Shown one piece after another: positions 1 through 8,794 of a stretch of 64,000 nt of DNA; position 1 is the first letter of the stretch; the number at the start of each line of letters is the position of its first letter. Origin of the DNA: Blastocatellia bacterium (lineage in GTDB: Bacteria > Acidobacteriota > Blastocatellia > HR10); the NCBI GenBank assembly GCA_035573895.1, contig DATLZR010000013.1, positions 699 to 64,698 of the forward strand. The letters are read 5' to 3'. The notes beneath the pieces were generated by a model. That model was not told where the DNA came from, searched no databases, and saw only the letters and a list, made by a program, of their open reading frames with translations. The position numbers and the translations under genes were made by a program.

Positions 1-1179
1 CTCAATGGAGTTACGCCCCATGCGGTAAATGTTCAGCAGCAACTCCTCCCGATGTCGTGACGCGTAATCGAGAATGGCCCGATTGGCCGTGATGGCGTAC
101 TCGATGGATTGACGGAAATGCCATCGTTGCGGCGCAATCGGCGCGGGATAATCGCTTTTGGGAAGAAGTCGTTCGGGAATGAAGGGAATTTCCATCGGCG
201 TCGGATTCCCGATGGTTTCCGTGAGGATGCCGATCATGTTGTGGAAGTAGGCCGACGTTCTCAATCCCCCATTCCACCATGTTGAATAGGAAGCCCCGGA
301 GCGCATCGTCGAGCCGGGCTTGCCCTCAGCGATAAACCGCGCGTGCATGGCAGCGCCGACTTGCTCGACGCCCACGATGACCAGCGGATCGAGATAGTAA
401 TTGAACGGATCGCGGAACGGAGGCGCAAAGAGAACGGTTCCCGGCGGTCCCGTCTGATGGTGATTGTAGATGATCTGAGGGAACCACTCGTGATAGAAGA
501 TGCGCGTAATGGCTTCGGTCTCCGGTTGCGTGACCATGTAGAAATCGCGATTGTTATCGTGGCCAATATACTTGTGATAGAGTCGAGGGAGATTGCCGGT
601 GGATCGCTTGGTGGGATCGGGTTCGCGCATGTACCAGGAGGAAACGAGTTCCATCCCATCGGGATTGACCGGCACAAGCAACAGGATGACGTCCCGGAGG
701 ATGCGCAACGTTTCCGGATCGTTGCGGCTCACCATCTGATAGGCCATCTCGATGAGCTGCTGCGCACCGAGCACTTCGGTGGCGTGCAATCCCCCGTCAA
801 TCCAGACGACCGCCTTTCCTTCATCGGCCAGGGCGCGGGCCTGCTCATCAGTCAGGTCCTCGGCCAGCGCCAGCCGTCGAGAAATCTCCTTATATCGGTC
901 GAGCTTCCTGTGATTCTCCGGAGCCGTGATGATGGCCATCACCATGGGTCGCCCTTCGGCGGTTCGACCGATTTCGACCAGGCTCATCCGATCCGATTCC
1001 TGATCGAGCTTCTTCCAGTAATCGAGCAACTGGCTGTAAGTCGCCAACTGATAATCATCGCCGATGTTGAAGCCGAAGTGTTCCTTTGGCGTCGTGATTC
1101 GCGTTTGCGGCAACGCCCACGGGGCTGCCAGCAGCAGGACGAGCAGAGCTGCCGTCCAGCGAGATACGTTCGTTCTCAT
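1..1179 (-). CDS. Zinc carboxypeptidase, peptidase M14 family. Partial: the C-terminus runs off the window start. N-terminal signal peptide.
   Basis: Hand translation of the minus strand from ATG (revcomp of 1177-1179) gives MRTNVSRWTAALLVLLLAAPWALPQ..., continuous to position 1. Contains GGLHATE (HxxE zinc motif) and HYKYIGHDNNRDF typical of M14. Absent from the ORF track only because the stop lies outside the window. Confidence 0.8.
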   Translation of the reverse strand, partial: MRTNVSRWTAALLVLLLAAPWALPQTRITTPKEHFGFNIGDDYQLATYSQLLDYWKKLDQESDRMSLVEIGRTAEGRPMVMAIITAPENHRKLDRYKEISRRLALAEDLTDEQARALADEGKAVVWIDGGLHATEVLGAQQLIEMAYQMVSRNDPETLRILRDVILLLVPVNPDGMELVSSWYMREPDPTKRSTGNLPRLYHKYIGHDNNRDFYMVTQPETEAITRIFYHEWFPQIIYNHHQTGPPGTVLFAPPFRDPFNYYLDPLVIVGVEQVGAAMHARFIAEGKPGSTMRSGASYSTWWNGGLRTSAYFHNMIGILTETIGNPTPMEIPFIPERLLPKSDYPAPIAPQRWHFRQSIEYAITANRAILDYASRHREELLLNIYRMGRNSIE

Positions 1180-1201
1180 GCTCTCCTCCTCGTTCGGGTT
1201 T

Positions 1202-2443
1202 TCATTCTCCCGCCGGGAGGCTCTTCCGGGGCTGATCGGCGGGAGGTAGAATCAGACGGTCCAAATTCAGTCGCAACATCCCTCCGGCATCGGAAAAACC
1301 ATAACGCTGAATATGTCGCCGACGAATGACGAAGAAGGCATAGCCGAGCGCTACTCCCCCTGCAATAAGAATCAACACGATGACTCCAATGAAAGCGAAG
1401 GTGGTAATCAGCCAGGTGGCAGCGGGAAACTCCGGAAGCGAACCGACCAGACGAAGACGGTCGCGATCGAGCCAGCGCACTTTGGCCGTGTATTTGATCG
1501 AGTTGACGAGGGCTTCCACGACCTCACGATCAGTCACGTTGAAAGCTTCGATGAGATAATTCCCCTCGCGCTTGAAAATGCGGCGGTCCCGTTCCTCCTC
1601 CGGCAGTCGGGCAAAATACTGATTCACCCGCTCGTAGGCCGCGGAGGCCAGTTGCGGGGTGTGATACTCGACCAACAGCAGATGGGCGATTCCCTTCCCC
1701 GTGCGATACTCCGCAATAGCGGCTTCCACGCCATCACTGCCCAGGTTGAACAGGTCGTTGGGATTATCATAGGTGGGGAATCGGGCTAATCCTCGCGGAC
1801 CCGAAATGAATCGTTCGCTCCCGGCGATCCGTCGGTCCGCGGGCAAGTGCTGAACCAAAAGCGGGACTTCATGCGGGCCGACAACAAGCCGCTCGGAAAC
1901 GGCTCGGGCCAGATCAGTCATCTTGCTGACGGCGACATTCGGCGGCGAGAGCGTCGTCAGGGAGAGACGAACATAGTAGTTTCCTTTCCAGAACCCCAGC
2001 TCCCGATCACCGATGCTGGCCTCGCTGCCGATGCCTTCGGCCTGAACGGCCGACGTTCGCTCCCAGGAATAAATCCCGTAGGCCGAGACGTAATTGATCA
2101 TGTGGAAAATTTCCACGCGGATCGTGGTTTTCTGGGCGTCCATATAGTCCGCGAAAGCGGCTTCGTGCAGTCCGTATTCCCGCACGACATCGCCCCGGCC
2201 CGGAGCATAGAGGGCCAGTTCCGCTGGCAAGAGCACCTGAACCGGTCCTGTCAATCGCCAATCTCCCAGACGGCGGGCGAAAACATCGGCGATATGCGGG
2301 GCCGTACGCACTTCGATCACCTGCGCCCATCCGAGCGACACCCCGACCATCAGGATGAGACTGAGCAGACCGCCGATCCGTACAGGGACGGTCGTTCCGG
2401 CAGTCCGCGCCTTCCGCCCTCGGTATAGCCAATGAAAGCTCAT
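1202..2443 (-). CDS. Hypothetical protein with N-terminal and C-terminal TM helices.
   Basis: ORF 1202..2473. ATG at 2443 (MSFHW...) is preceded by GGAGAG. Hydrophobic segments LLSLILMVGVSLGW and WLITTFAFIGVIVLILIAGGVALGYAFFV. No recognisable catalytic motif. Confidence 0.55.
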   Translation of the reverse strand: MSFHWLYRGRKARTAGTTVPVRIGGLLSLILMVGVSLGWAQVIEVRTAPHIADVFARRLGDWRLTGPVQVLLPAELALYAPGRGDVVREYGLHEAAFADYMDAQKTTIRVEIFHMINYVSAYGIYSWERTSAVQAEGIGSEASIGDRELGFWKGNYYVRLSLTTLSPPNVAVSKMTDLARAVSERLVVGPHEVPLLVQHLPADRRIAGSERFISGPRGLARFPTYDNPNDLFNLGSDGVEAAIAEYRTGKGIAHLLLVEYHTPQLASAAYERVNQYFARLPEEERDRRIFKREGNYLIEAFNVTDREVVEALVNSIKYTAKVRWLDRDRLRLVGSLPEFPAATWLITTFAFIGVIVLILIAGGVALGYAFFVIRRRHIQRYGFSDAGGMLRLNLDRLILPPADQPRKSLPAGE

Positions 2444-2517
2444 GATCTCACGCTCTCTCCCATCAGGGGCCATCGGGCGAGCCCGCCGGCTGGCCCGGTC
2501 GTAGTCTCACAGCATTC

Positions 2518-3087
2518 TCACTGGTGCTCAATCTGGCGCAAAATGAGGTTGGCGTATCTCTCCGGATGAGCGATATTTCGCAAGGGAATCCTGCCCGATT
2601 CCGCCGCACTGTCAATGACGATGTCCCCGATGCCGACCAGGCGTTCCAGGGCCGTGCGCGTGACAGTCACATCCTGAATCTTGCTCAGAGGAATAGAGCG
2701 CCGGACCTTGCTCAGGATGCCGTAACTGAACTCCATGCGCGTCGTCGTCAGAGTATAAACCTCCCGCTGGCGCAAGATGTGACGATAGACGGGAGAAGCA
2801 AATGCACTGGCCGAGGCTATCAGCACAACCCACCAGGGAATCGCTCCCGGAAAACGCTCATCCAGGTAAAAATAGCCAACGATCATGCCGACGGTCACCA
2901 CAGCGGCCAGCAGATACCGGATCAGGACAAAGATCATCGCCGGACGAATGACGAAGACGATCTGTTCACCCGTCGTCGGCTCCCTCGCCGGAGCCGAAGA
3001 GGCAGAAGACAGCGCGGCCCCGCACCGATTGCAGAATCGGCTTCCCTGGGGATTGGTCTGTCCGCACTGCTGGCAGGTGATCGTCAT
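2518..3087 (-). CDS. Zinc-ribbon plus bacterial PH-domain (bPH_2/YdbT-like) membrane protein.
   Basis: MTITCQQCGQTNPQGSRFCNRCGAAL (CxxC..CxxC zinc ribbon), followed by two TM helices and a PH-like segment (RMEFSYGILSKVRRSIPLSKIQDVTVTR). ATG at 3085-3087. Confidence 0.6.
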   Translation of the reverse strand: MTITCQQCGQTNPQGSRFCNRCGAALSSASSAPAREPTTGEQIVFVIRPAMIFVLIRYLLAAVVTVGMIVGYFYLDERFPGAIPWWVVLIASASAFASPVYRHILRQREVYTLTTTRMEFSYGILSKVRRSIPLSKIQDVTVTRTALERLVGIGDIVIDSAAESGRIPLRNIAHPERYANLILRQIEHQ

Positions 3088-3362
3088 CACCACCCCAGAA
3101 TAGAAATCCGCCGGGGAATACGTCGCAGCGGCAGCTCGCGCGGCGGGCCGTAATAAATCTTCTGACACGCCAGGCACCGATAGAAGACCGATCCTGCCGG
3201 AGCCCGCTGCCGCAGCGAATCGGACACCACCGGCATGACCTTCAATGGCCCCCAACAGGGCTTGCCTTTGGCGTCCTTCTCATCGCAATTTGTCTGGTTG
3301 GGTTTGATCGGTTTGAGGGCGGGGACCTCCGCCGTCGAAACGGTTTCCGTTGTCTGAGTCAT
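3087..3362 (-). CDS. Small hypothetical protein of about 91 aa, Cys-containing.
   Basis: ORF 3087..3416. Internal ATG at 3362 (MTQTTETV...). Contains CDEKDAKGKPCW...YRCLACQKIYYGP. No family recognised. Confidence 0.35.
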   Translation of the reverse strand: MTQTTETVSTAEVPALKPIKPNQTNCDEKDAKGKPCWGPLKVMPVVSDSLRQRAPAGSVFYRCLACQKIYYGPPRELPLRRIPRRISILGW

Positions 3363-3423
3363 AGCCTCACCGAAAATGTTGCGCCTGTTGTGGCGCAAGC
3401 TTTCCAGCTCGCGCATTCCTGTA

Positions 3424-3530
3424 GGGCAGGCTTTCCAGCCTGTGTTCTTCGCAGACTCGAAAGTCTGCGCTACATGTAGCGCGGGCTTTCCAGCCTGCGT
3501 TTTTTCGCAGACTTGAAAGTCTACGCCACC
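3424..3530 (+). repeat. Dispersed double-hairpin repeat, locus A: two tandem units.
   Basis: Hairpin 1 is gGGCTttccAGCCtg. Hairpin 2 is CGCAGACTcgaaAGTCTGCG followed by ctac. The unit repeats at 3479-3530. Intergenic, downstream of recR. Confidence 0.8.
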
Positions 3531-3541
3531 GCGAAAAATAG

Positions 3542-4141
3542 CTAGATGTCTCGACGATTGGCAAGAGCACGATACATCGTGACTTCGTCGGCGAATTCGA
3601 TGTCGCTGCCCACCGGCAGCCCCATGGCGATGCGCGTCACGCGCACGCCCAGGGGCTTGAGAAGTCGCGCCAGATAGTTGGCCGTCGCTTCCCCCTCGGT
3701 CGTCGGATTGGTTGCCAGGATGATCTCTTTCACCTCGCCCGACCGAAGCCGGGTCAAAAGATTCCGCACCTTCAAATCCTCCGGACCGATGCCGCGAATT
3801 GGCGAAAGCGATCCATGCAACACATGATAGAGCCCGCGATACTCGCGCGTCCGCTCAATGGCCACCACACTGGACGGTTCCTCGACCACGCAGATGAAAC
3901 TGTGATCGCGCGAAGGATCAGAGCAAAAGCGGCAGGGATCAGTCTCGGTCAGATTGTTGCACTGAGAGCAGAGAGAAATCCGGCGCTTGACATCGAGAAT
4001 AGCTTCGACCAATCGCTCCGCCTGCTCCTGGGGAACGCGGAGAAGATGAAAGGCGATCCGCTGCGCCGACTTCTCGCCGATTCCCGGCAGCCGCTTCAGC
4101 TCATCAATGAGTCGCGTGATGGGCTCGGCGTAATCCGGCAT
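3542..4141 (-). CDS. recR: Recombination protein RecR.
   Basis: [35 protein letters not shown]4 zinc finger [16 protein letters not shown], Toprim region. ATG at 4139-4141. Confidence 0.95.
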   Translation of the reverse strand: MPDYAEPITRLIDELKRLPGIGEKSAQRIAFHLLRVPQEQAERLVEAILDVKRRISLCSQCNNLTETDPCRFCSDPSRDHSFICVVEEPSSVVAIERTREYRGLYHVLHGSLSPIRGIGPEDLKVRNLLTRLRSGEVKEIILATNPTTEGEATANYLARLLKPLGVRVTRIAMGLPVGSDIEFADEVTMYRALANRRDI

Positions 4142-4294
4142 AAGTCTGACCGTCCCCCCATCCGCCCCCGGCAAAGAACCCCGGAGGTGACTCTCGGTTT
4201 CTCCGCACCTGTGACGATCGGCGGAATCTGTGGCTCTTTCTTCTCGCGGCCGACGCGGGCATGAAAGATTCGCTCACGGGGATCCACCATCGCC

Positions 4295-4606
4295 TCACAA
4301 GAGTCCGCCGAGATTGAGATTGAGGTTCTTCATTGCCTGCTGCTGGACGGCTTCGTCCACTTTTCGTCCGCATTCGTTGACGGCGGCGATGATGAGGTCT
4401 TGCAGCATCTCGACATCTCCGGCGGCGACCTCAGGATCAATGGTGAGCGAGAGGACCGCCTTGGCCCCGTTCATCGTCACCGTGACGGCTCCGCCACCGG
4501 CCGAGGCCTCGACGCGGATGCCTTCGATGGTTTTCTGCAATTCCTGCTGCATTTTCTGCGCTTGTTCGAGCATCTTGTTCAGATCCAGGTTACCCGGTAG
4601 TTTCAT
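4295..4606 (-). CDS. ybaB: Nucleoid-associated protein YbaB/EbfC.
   Basis: MKLPGNLDLNKMLEQAQKMQQELQK...NLNLGGLL. Classic YbaB length and motifs. Position between dnaX and recR fits. Confidence 0.9.
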   Translation of the reverse strand: MKLPGNLDLNKMLEQAQKMQQELQKTIEGIRVEASAGGGAVTVTMNGAKAVLSLTIDPEVAAGDVEMLQDLIIAAVNECGRKVDEAVQQQAMKNLNLNLGGLL

Positions 4607-4633
4607 TGATCCCTCCCTCGAAAAAGAAACCGT

Positions 4634-6238
4634 TCACGTCGTTTCATCCTTTGCCACGACGTCCACGATCTCTCCTTTGAACGTTTTCACGAGTGCCCTC
4701 ACCACCGGATCGGCTTCGGCTTTGGCTCGCAAGGCCGACGCTCGAGAGGACTGTTCCGACGGTGCATTCGCTTCGACCACGACATCGAGTGTGAGAGTGC
4801 GGCCCGTCACCGCCTGAGCGACGGCGGTGAGGACCTGAGCATTTGACTTCTGCAACACGGTCTCCCGGTGTCCGCTCTCGGTGCGAGCGAAGACGATGCG
4901 CAGGCGGTCTCCGGTGATCTCGATGGTTTGGGCTTTCTCCAGGATGGTTGCGAGCAGAATCTTCCCTCGCTCTATGAGCTGCTGCTTAATCGCCTCGATT
5001 TCATCGGTAGCTCCCGAAGGGGGGACTGCTGGTACGGTCGCCGGAGCAGGGCGGAGCGAGCCGGGAGCATCTCCGCTCACCGAGCCGGTGGAGATATGCT
5101 CCTGAAGGGCCTCGATTCGTCGAATGAGGTCGGCCAGCGGTCGGACCCGTTGCAGATGCGCCAGTTTGACCAGGCCGATTTCCAGTTGAAACCGCGGTTC
5201 GGTCGCCAGGCGGATCGCCTGCTCGACCTCGGCGAGGGCGTGGAAGAGCCGGACAATATCTTCTTCGCTGAAGCGATCGGCCTGGGCGAGGAGCAGGGCT
5301 CGCTCGGCGTCTTCGACCGGCAACAGCTCGGGATCCGGCCCCACCGTCTTCACTACCAGCAGATGACGGAAGTAGCTCATCAACTCGCGGGTGAAGGCGC
5401 GAAGGTCCACGCCTCGCGCCACCAGATCGTCCACCAGCCGGAGGATGCGCCCGCCATCCTGATCGGCAATCGCATCGGCGACGGCGGCGAGCATCTCGGC
5501 TCCCACCAATCCCAGGACTTCGATGACCTGCTCGTCGTGAATCTCTCGACCGGCAAAGCTGATCACCTGATCGAAGACCGATTGCGCATCGCGCATGCTC
5601 CCTTCGCCGGCGCGGGCGATGCGCCGAAGCGCCGCATCACTGATGGTGATGCCTTCGGCTTGAGCGATGCGCCGAAGCCGCTCGAAGATTTTCCCCTCGG
5701 CGATGAGCCGGAACTCGAACAACTGACAGCGCGAGATGATCGTCGGCGGAACCTTATGCAGTTCGGTCGTGGCCATGATGAAGAGCACATGGGGAGGAGG
5801 CTCTTCGAGCGTCTTGAGCAGGGCATTGAAAGCCGCCGAGGACAGTTGGTGAAATTCGTCTATGATGAAGATGCGGTAGCGATCGCGCGCCGGGCCGATG
5901 GCGAGGTTATTGATGATGACATCGCGCACATTATCCACACCCGTATGGGAAGCGGCATCAATCTCCAGGACATCGAGCGAGGTTCCCCGCGCGATCTCCT
6001 CGCACGAGGGGCACCGATTGCAGGGAGTCGTCGTCGGTCCGGTGGCGCAATTGAGGGCTTTGGCGAGGACGCGAGCGGTCGTCGTTTTTCCCACGCCGCG
6101 AGGGCCGGCAAAGATATAGGCATGATGCAGACGCCCACAGGAGATGGCGTTTTGCAACGTGCGGGCAATGGCCTCTTGCCCCACCAGTTCGTCAAAGGTT
6201 TGCGGGCGCCATTTCCGGGCAATGACCTGGTACGTCAT
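4634..6238 (-). CDS. dnaX: DNA polymerase III subunit gamma/tau.
   Basis: MTYQVIARKWRPQTFDELVGQEAI...GPRGVGKTTTARVLAKALNC (Walker A), zinc module CNRCPSC, IFIIDEFHQLS. ATG at 6236-6238. The ORF-track start at 6400 is an upstream TTG/GTG extension. Confidence 0.92.
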   Translation of the reverse strand: MTYQVIARKWRPQTFDELVGQEAIARTLQNAISCGRLHHAYIFAGPRGVGKTTTARVLAKALNCATGPTTTPCNRCPSCEEIARGTSLDVLEIDAASHTGVDNVRDVIINNLAIGPARDRYRIFIIDEFHQLSSAAFNALLKTLEEPPPHVLFIMATTELHKVPPTIISRCQLFEFRLIAEGKIFERLRRIAQAEGITISDAALRRIARAGEGSMRDAQSVFDQVISFAGREIHDEQVIEVLGLVGAEMLAAVADAIADQDGGRILRLVDDLVARGVDLRAFTRELMSYFRHLLVVKTVGPDPELLPVEDAERALLLAQADRFSEEDIVRLFHALAEVEQAIRLATEPRFQLEIGLVKLAHLQRVRPLADLIRRIEALQEHISTGSVSGDAPGSLRPAPATVPAVPPSGATDEIEAIKQQLIERGKILLATILEKAQTIEITGDRLRIVFARTESGHRETVLQKSNAQVLTAVAQAVTGRTLTLDVVVEANAPSEQSSRASALRAKAEADPVVRALVKTFKGEIVDVVAKDETT

Positions 6239-6315
6239 GGGTGCGCGTCCGGTGTCCGTCGTCTGGCCGCCGCGGCAACCGACAATGGACAAACGATGCT
6301 GGCGAAAAGAGTGGC

Positions 6316-6420
6316 CAGGCTTCGGGGTGATCCGCAGCACACGGTTACCACCACTACCGTTGCTCCCTTCCGGGCCTGGCGGGGTTCGCAGTGGAACCAT
6401 CGCACGGAGCCCGAAGCCTG
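6316..6420 (-). ncRNA. ffs: Signal recognition particle RNA (4.5S, ffs), small bacterial type.
   Basis: The minus strand reads ...GGCUUCGGGCUCCGUGCGAUGGUUCCACUGCGAACCCCGCCAGGCCCGGAAGGGAGCAACGGUAGUGGUGGUAACCGUGUGCUGCGGAUCACCCCGAAGCC. It contains the conserved domain-IV motif CCAGGCCCGGAAGGGAGCAAC within a long imperfect hairpin. It lies immediately upstream of dnaX, as in many bacteria. Ends are approximate. Confidence 0.7.
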
Positions 6421-6468
6421 ATCAAGCGGGCCCGCAACGCCCCCGCGCCACGGGCTCACGAGGAGTCT

Positions 6469-6561
6469 TGGCGGAGGGAGTGGGATTCGAACCCACGGTA
6501 GAGGTTTTGCCCCTACACCGCATTTCCAATACGGCGCCTTCGCCCACTCGGCCATCCCTCC
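6469..6561 (-). tRNA. tRNA-Ser(GGA), type II with long variable arm.
   Basis: Revcomp: GGAGGGATGGCCGAGTGGGCGAAGGCGCCGTATTGGAAATGCGGTGTAGGGGCAAAACCTCTACCGTGGGTTCGAATCCCACTCCCTCCGCCA. Anticodon stem CCGTA/TGCGG, loop TTGGAAA (anticodon GGA). T-arm GGTTCGAATCC. CCA encoded. Confidence 0.88.
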
Positions 6562-6580
6562 TGAATCCATCGCCACAGGT

Positions 6581-6669
6581 TGGCGGAGGGAGAGGGACTC
6601 GAACCCTCATGGGCCGTAAGACCCACCGGTTTTCGAGACCGGCTCCTTGCCAATTCGGAACATCCCTCC
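6581..6669 (-). tRNA. tRNA-Ser(CGA), type II.
   Basis: Revcomp: GGAGGGATGTTCCGAATTGGCAAGGAGCCGGTCTCGAAAACCGGTGGGTCTTACGGCCCATGAGGGTTCGAGTCCCTCTCCCTCCGCCA. Anticodon stem CCGGT/ACCGG, loop CTCGAAA (anticodon CGA). CCA encoded. Confidence 0.85.
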
Positions 6670-6712
6670 GCGCGATCCTTTCCTTCGGTTGCTGCCCGCC
6701 GCTCGATGGCCG

Positions 6713-7198
6713 TTACTGCGCCCGCTCCGGCTCATCTGCAGCCGCGCGCTTTTTTTGAAAAAAGGATTGTATCATCCGCCGACAATCATCAGCAAGCACA
6801 CCCCCTTGAACCTCGATCTGATGATTGAGTCGTGCATCGGTCACCAGACGAAAAAGACTCTCCACGGCGCCCGCGCGCGGATCGGCGGCACCGTAGACGA
6901 GGCGTTTCACCCGCGCCTGAACCAGAGCCCCCGCACACATCGGGCAGGGTTCAATCGTGGTGTAGACCGTCGCTCCGACGAGCCGATAGTTGTTGAGAAA
7001 TCGGCTGGCATCCCGAAGCGCCACGATCTCGGCGTGAGCTGTCGGATCACATTCGGTCAGCACGCGATTGTGACCGCGGCCAATGACCTTCTCGCCGAGC
7101 ACGACGACGGCCCCCACGGGCACCTCATCCCGTTGCAGGGCATCCTGCGCCTCGTCCAGGGCCAGCCGCATCCAGACTTCATCCATCGGATGACTCAT
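6713..7198 (-). CDS. tadA: tRNA-specific adenosine deaminase.
   Basis: HAEIVALR ... TIEPCPMCAGAL zinc-binding deaminase motifs. 161 aa. Adjacent to tRNA genes. Confidence 0.9.
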   Translation of the reverse strand: MSHPMDEVWMRLALDEAQDALQRDEVPVGAVVVLGEKVIGRGHNRVLTECDPTAHAEIVALRDASRFLNNYRLVGATVYTTIEPCPMCAGALVQARVKRLVYGAADPRAGAVESLFRLVTDARLNHQIEVQGGVLADDCRRMIQSFFQKKRAAADEPERAQ

Positions 7199-7281
7199 CG
7201 GGTGGGTTCCTGCACGCCAAGGTGAAGGATCATGCTACCGAGCGATTGCGCATCGCCTCGTGGTGCGACACGCCGGATGCC

Positions 7282-8268
7282 TCAGGGCGCTGTCTCTCGC
7301 CGAAGTTTCCTCGCCACGTCCTTAGCAAAATAGGTGAGGATCACGTCGGCCCCGGCCCGCTTGATGCTGGTGAGCGTTTCCCAGACGATGCGCTCCTCGT
7401 CAATCCAGCCGAGACGGGCAGCCGCTTTGATCATGGCATATTCGCCGCTCACCTGATAGGCCGCCAGGGGAAGCGGGAATCGTTCGCGCACGGCACGAAT
7501 AATATCCAGGTACGGCAGCGCCGGCTTCACCATCAGCATATCGGCCCCTTGTTCGACATCGAGCGCCGCTTCGCGGAGGGCTTCGCGGGCATTGGCCGGG
7601 TCCATCTGATACCCTCGACGATCCCCAAACTGCGGGGCGCTCTGAGCCGCTTCCCGGAACGGACCATAAAATCCCGAGGCGTACTTGACGGCATACGACA
7701 GAATCGGAATATGCTGGAAGCCCGCTTCATCCAGAGCCCGGCGAATCGCCGCCACGCACCCATCCATCATGTTCGAAGGAGCAATGATGTCAGCTCCGGC
7801 ACGAGCCTGGCTGACGGCTGTGCGCGCCAGCAACTCCAGCGTCGGATCGTTCAGCACCTCGCCATCCCGAACGATCCCGCAGTGGCCGTGACTCGTATAC
7901 TCGCACAGGCAATTATCGGCAATGACGATCATATCGGGCACGTCCCGCTTGACGGCGCGGATCGCCCGTTGAACGATGCCCTCTTCGGCGTAGGCTTCGC
8001 TGCCCATCTCATCCTTGGTCTCGGGAATGCCAAAGAGGATGATCGCGCGCAGTCCCAGGCTGCGAGCATCGAGCACCTCCTCGATGAGTTGATCAATGGA
8101 GAGATTGAAGACGCCGGGCATCGAAGGCACTTCCCGCCGCACCCCCCGACCGGGACAGACAAAGAGCGGATAGATCAGATCGTCTACGGCCAGGTCTGTT
8201 TCACGGACCAGTGCCCGCAGCTCCGGCGTGCGACGCAATCGTCGAGGGCGATGAATGAGTTCCATCAT
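7282..8268 (-). CDS. hemB: Porphobilinogen synthase (delta-aminolevulinate dehydratase).
   Basis: [23 protein letters not shown]..., active-site region [12 protein letters not shown] and [12 protein letters not shown]. The track start at 8274 is GTG. The first ATG is at 8268. Confidence 0.92.
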   Translation of the reverse strand: MMELIHRPRRLRRTPELRALVRETDLAVDDLIYPLFVCPGRGVRREVPSMPGVFNLSIDQLIEEVLDARSLGLRAIILFGIPETKDEMGSEAYAEEGIVQRAIRAVKRDVPDMIVIADNCLCEYTSHGHCGIVRDGEVLNDPTLELLARTAVSQARAGADIIAPSNMMDGCVAAIRRALDEAGFQHIPILSYAVKYASGFYGPFREAAQSAPQFGDRRGYQMDPANAREALREAALDVEQGADMLMVKPALPYLDIIRAVRERFPLPLAAYQVSGEYAMIKAAARLGWIDEERIVWETLTSIKRAGADVILTYFAKDVARKLRRETAP

Positions 8269-8794
8269 AATCACGCCACCTCACGGTCGGGGCGATTCTA
8301 TCAAAGCCGTTCCGGTTTTTCAAAAAGGGTGTGAATGTTCTGACGCCGAAATCCGCGAGCGTCTGTTGCCAGTGCGAACCGGGAGAAGCGACGCGATCTC
8401 TCGATGATGCCCCCCAGCCTCACCAGCAGGGATGGAGAGGCGCGAGAAGTTTCCTCGGACCGGGAACGCCGATCGTTGCTCCGACTCAACTTCCCGCTTT
8501 GCCTGGAGAGTCGCCCATCGGTAGAATGGAGAAGCTTTCCATCGAGGAATGTGCGGAGATGAAACAGAACGCCAGGGCCGGAGCAGGTCGGTTCGCCGTC
8601 GCTTTTTTGCTCTGTCGCTCGGGGCGTAGCGATGTCAGACGGCATAGACAGCCGTTTCCGCCAGGAGAAATGTCTGCACTCCACCATCGTCTCCTGCCGA
8701 TTGGGGTTTGGAGCTTTTTGTCGCCGGGGGCGCGCCCTTCCGGTTCTCCCGGTGAACCGGGCGCAGGGTGTCATGGGAGAGGAAGATCGGAAGC

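Noticed and set aside
343-1329. Long plus-strand ORF (328 aa) overlapping the carboxypeptidase region.
   Set aside because: Antisense shadow ORF in high-GC DNA. The minus-strand frame gives a clean M14 peptidase with signal peptide. The plus-strand product is low-complexity Arg/Asp-rich with no motifs.
4868-6421. 517-aa plus-strand ORF across dnaX.
   Set aside because: Antisense to an unambiguous dnaX. Typical GC-rich shadow. The same applies to 38337..39461, 42672..44294, 44173..45267, 45304..47040, 46907..48088, 48906..51752, 56181..57557, 58283..59398, 59834..61627 and 40754..41605.
8275-8794. ORFs 8301..8852(-) and 8331..8798(+) in the divergent hemB/glycosidase intergenic region.
   Set aside because: The products are Arg/Pro/Gly-rich with no motifs, and the two overlap each other on opposite strands. 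They are more likely a divergent promoter region than genes.
8768-8794. ORF-track M starts taken at face value.
   Set aside because: Several track starts are GTG/TTG (e.g. 8768, 4174, 8274, 42739, 22043) translated as M. Starts were re-evaluated against conserved N-termini and RBS where possible.
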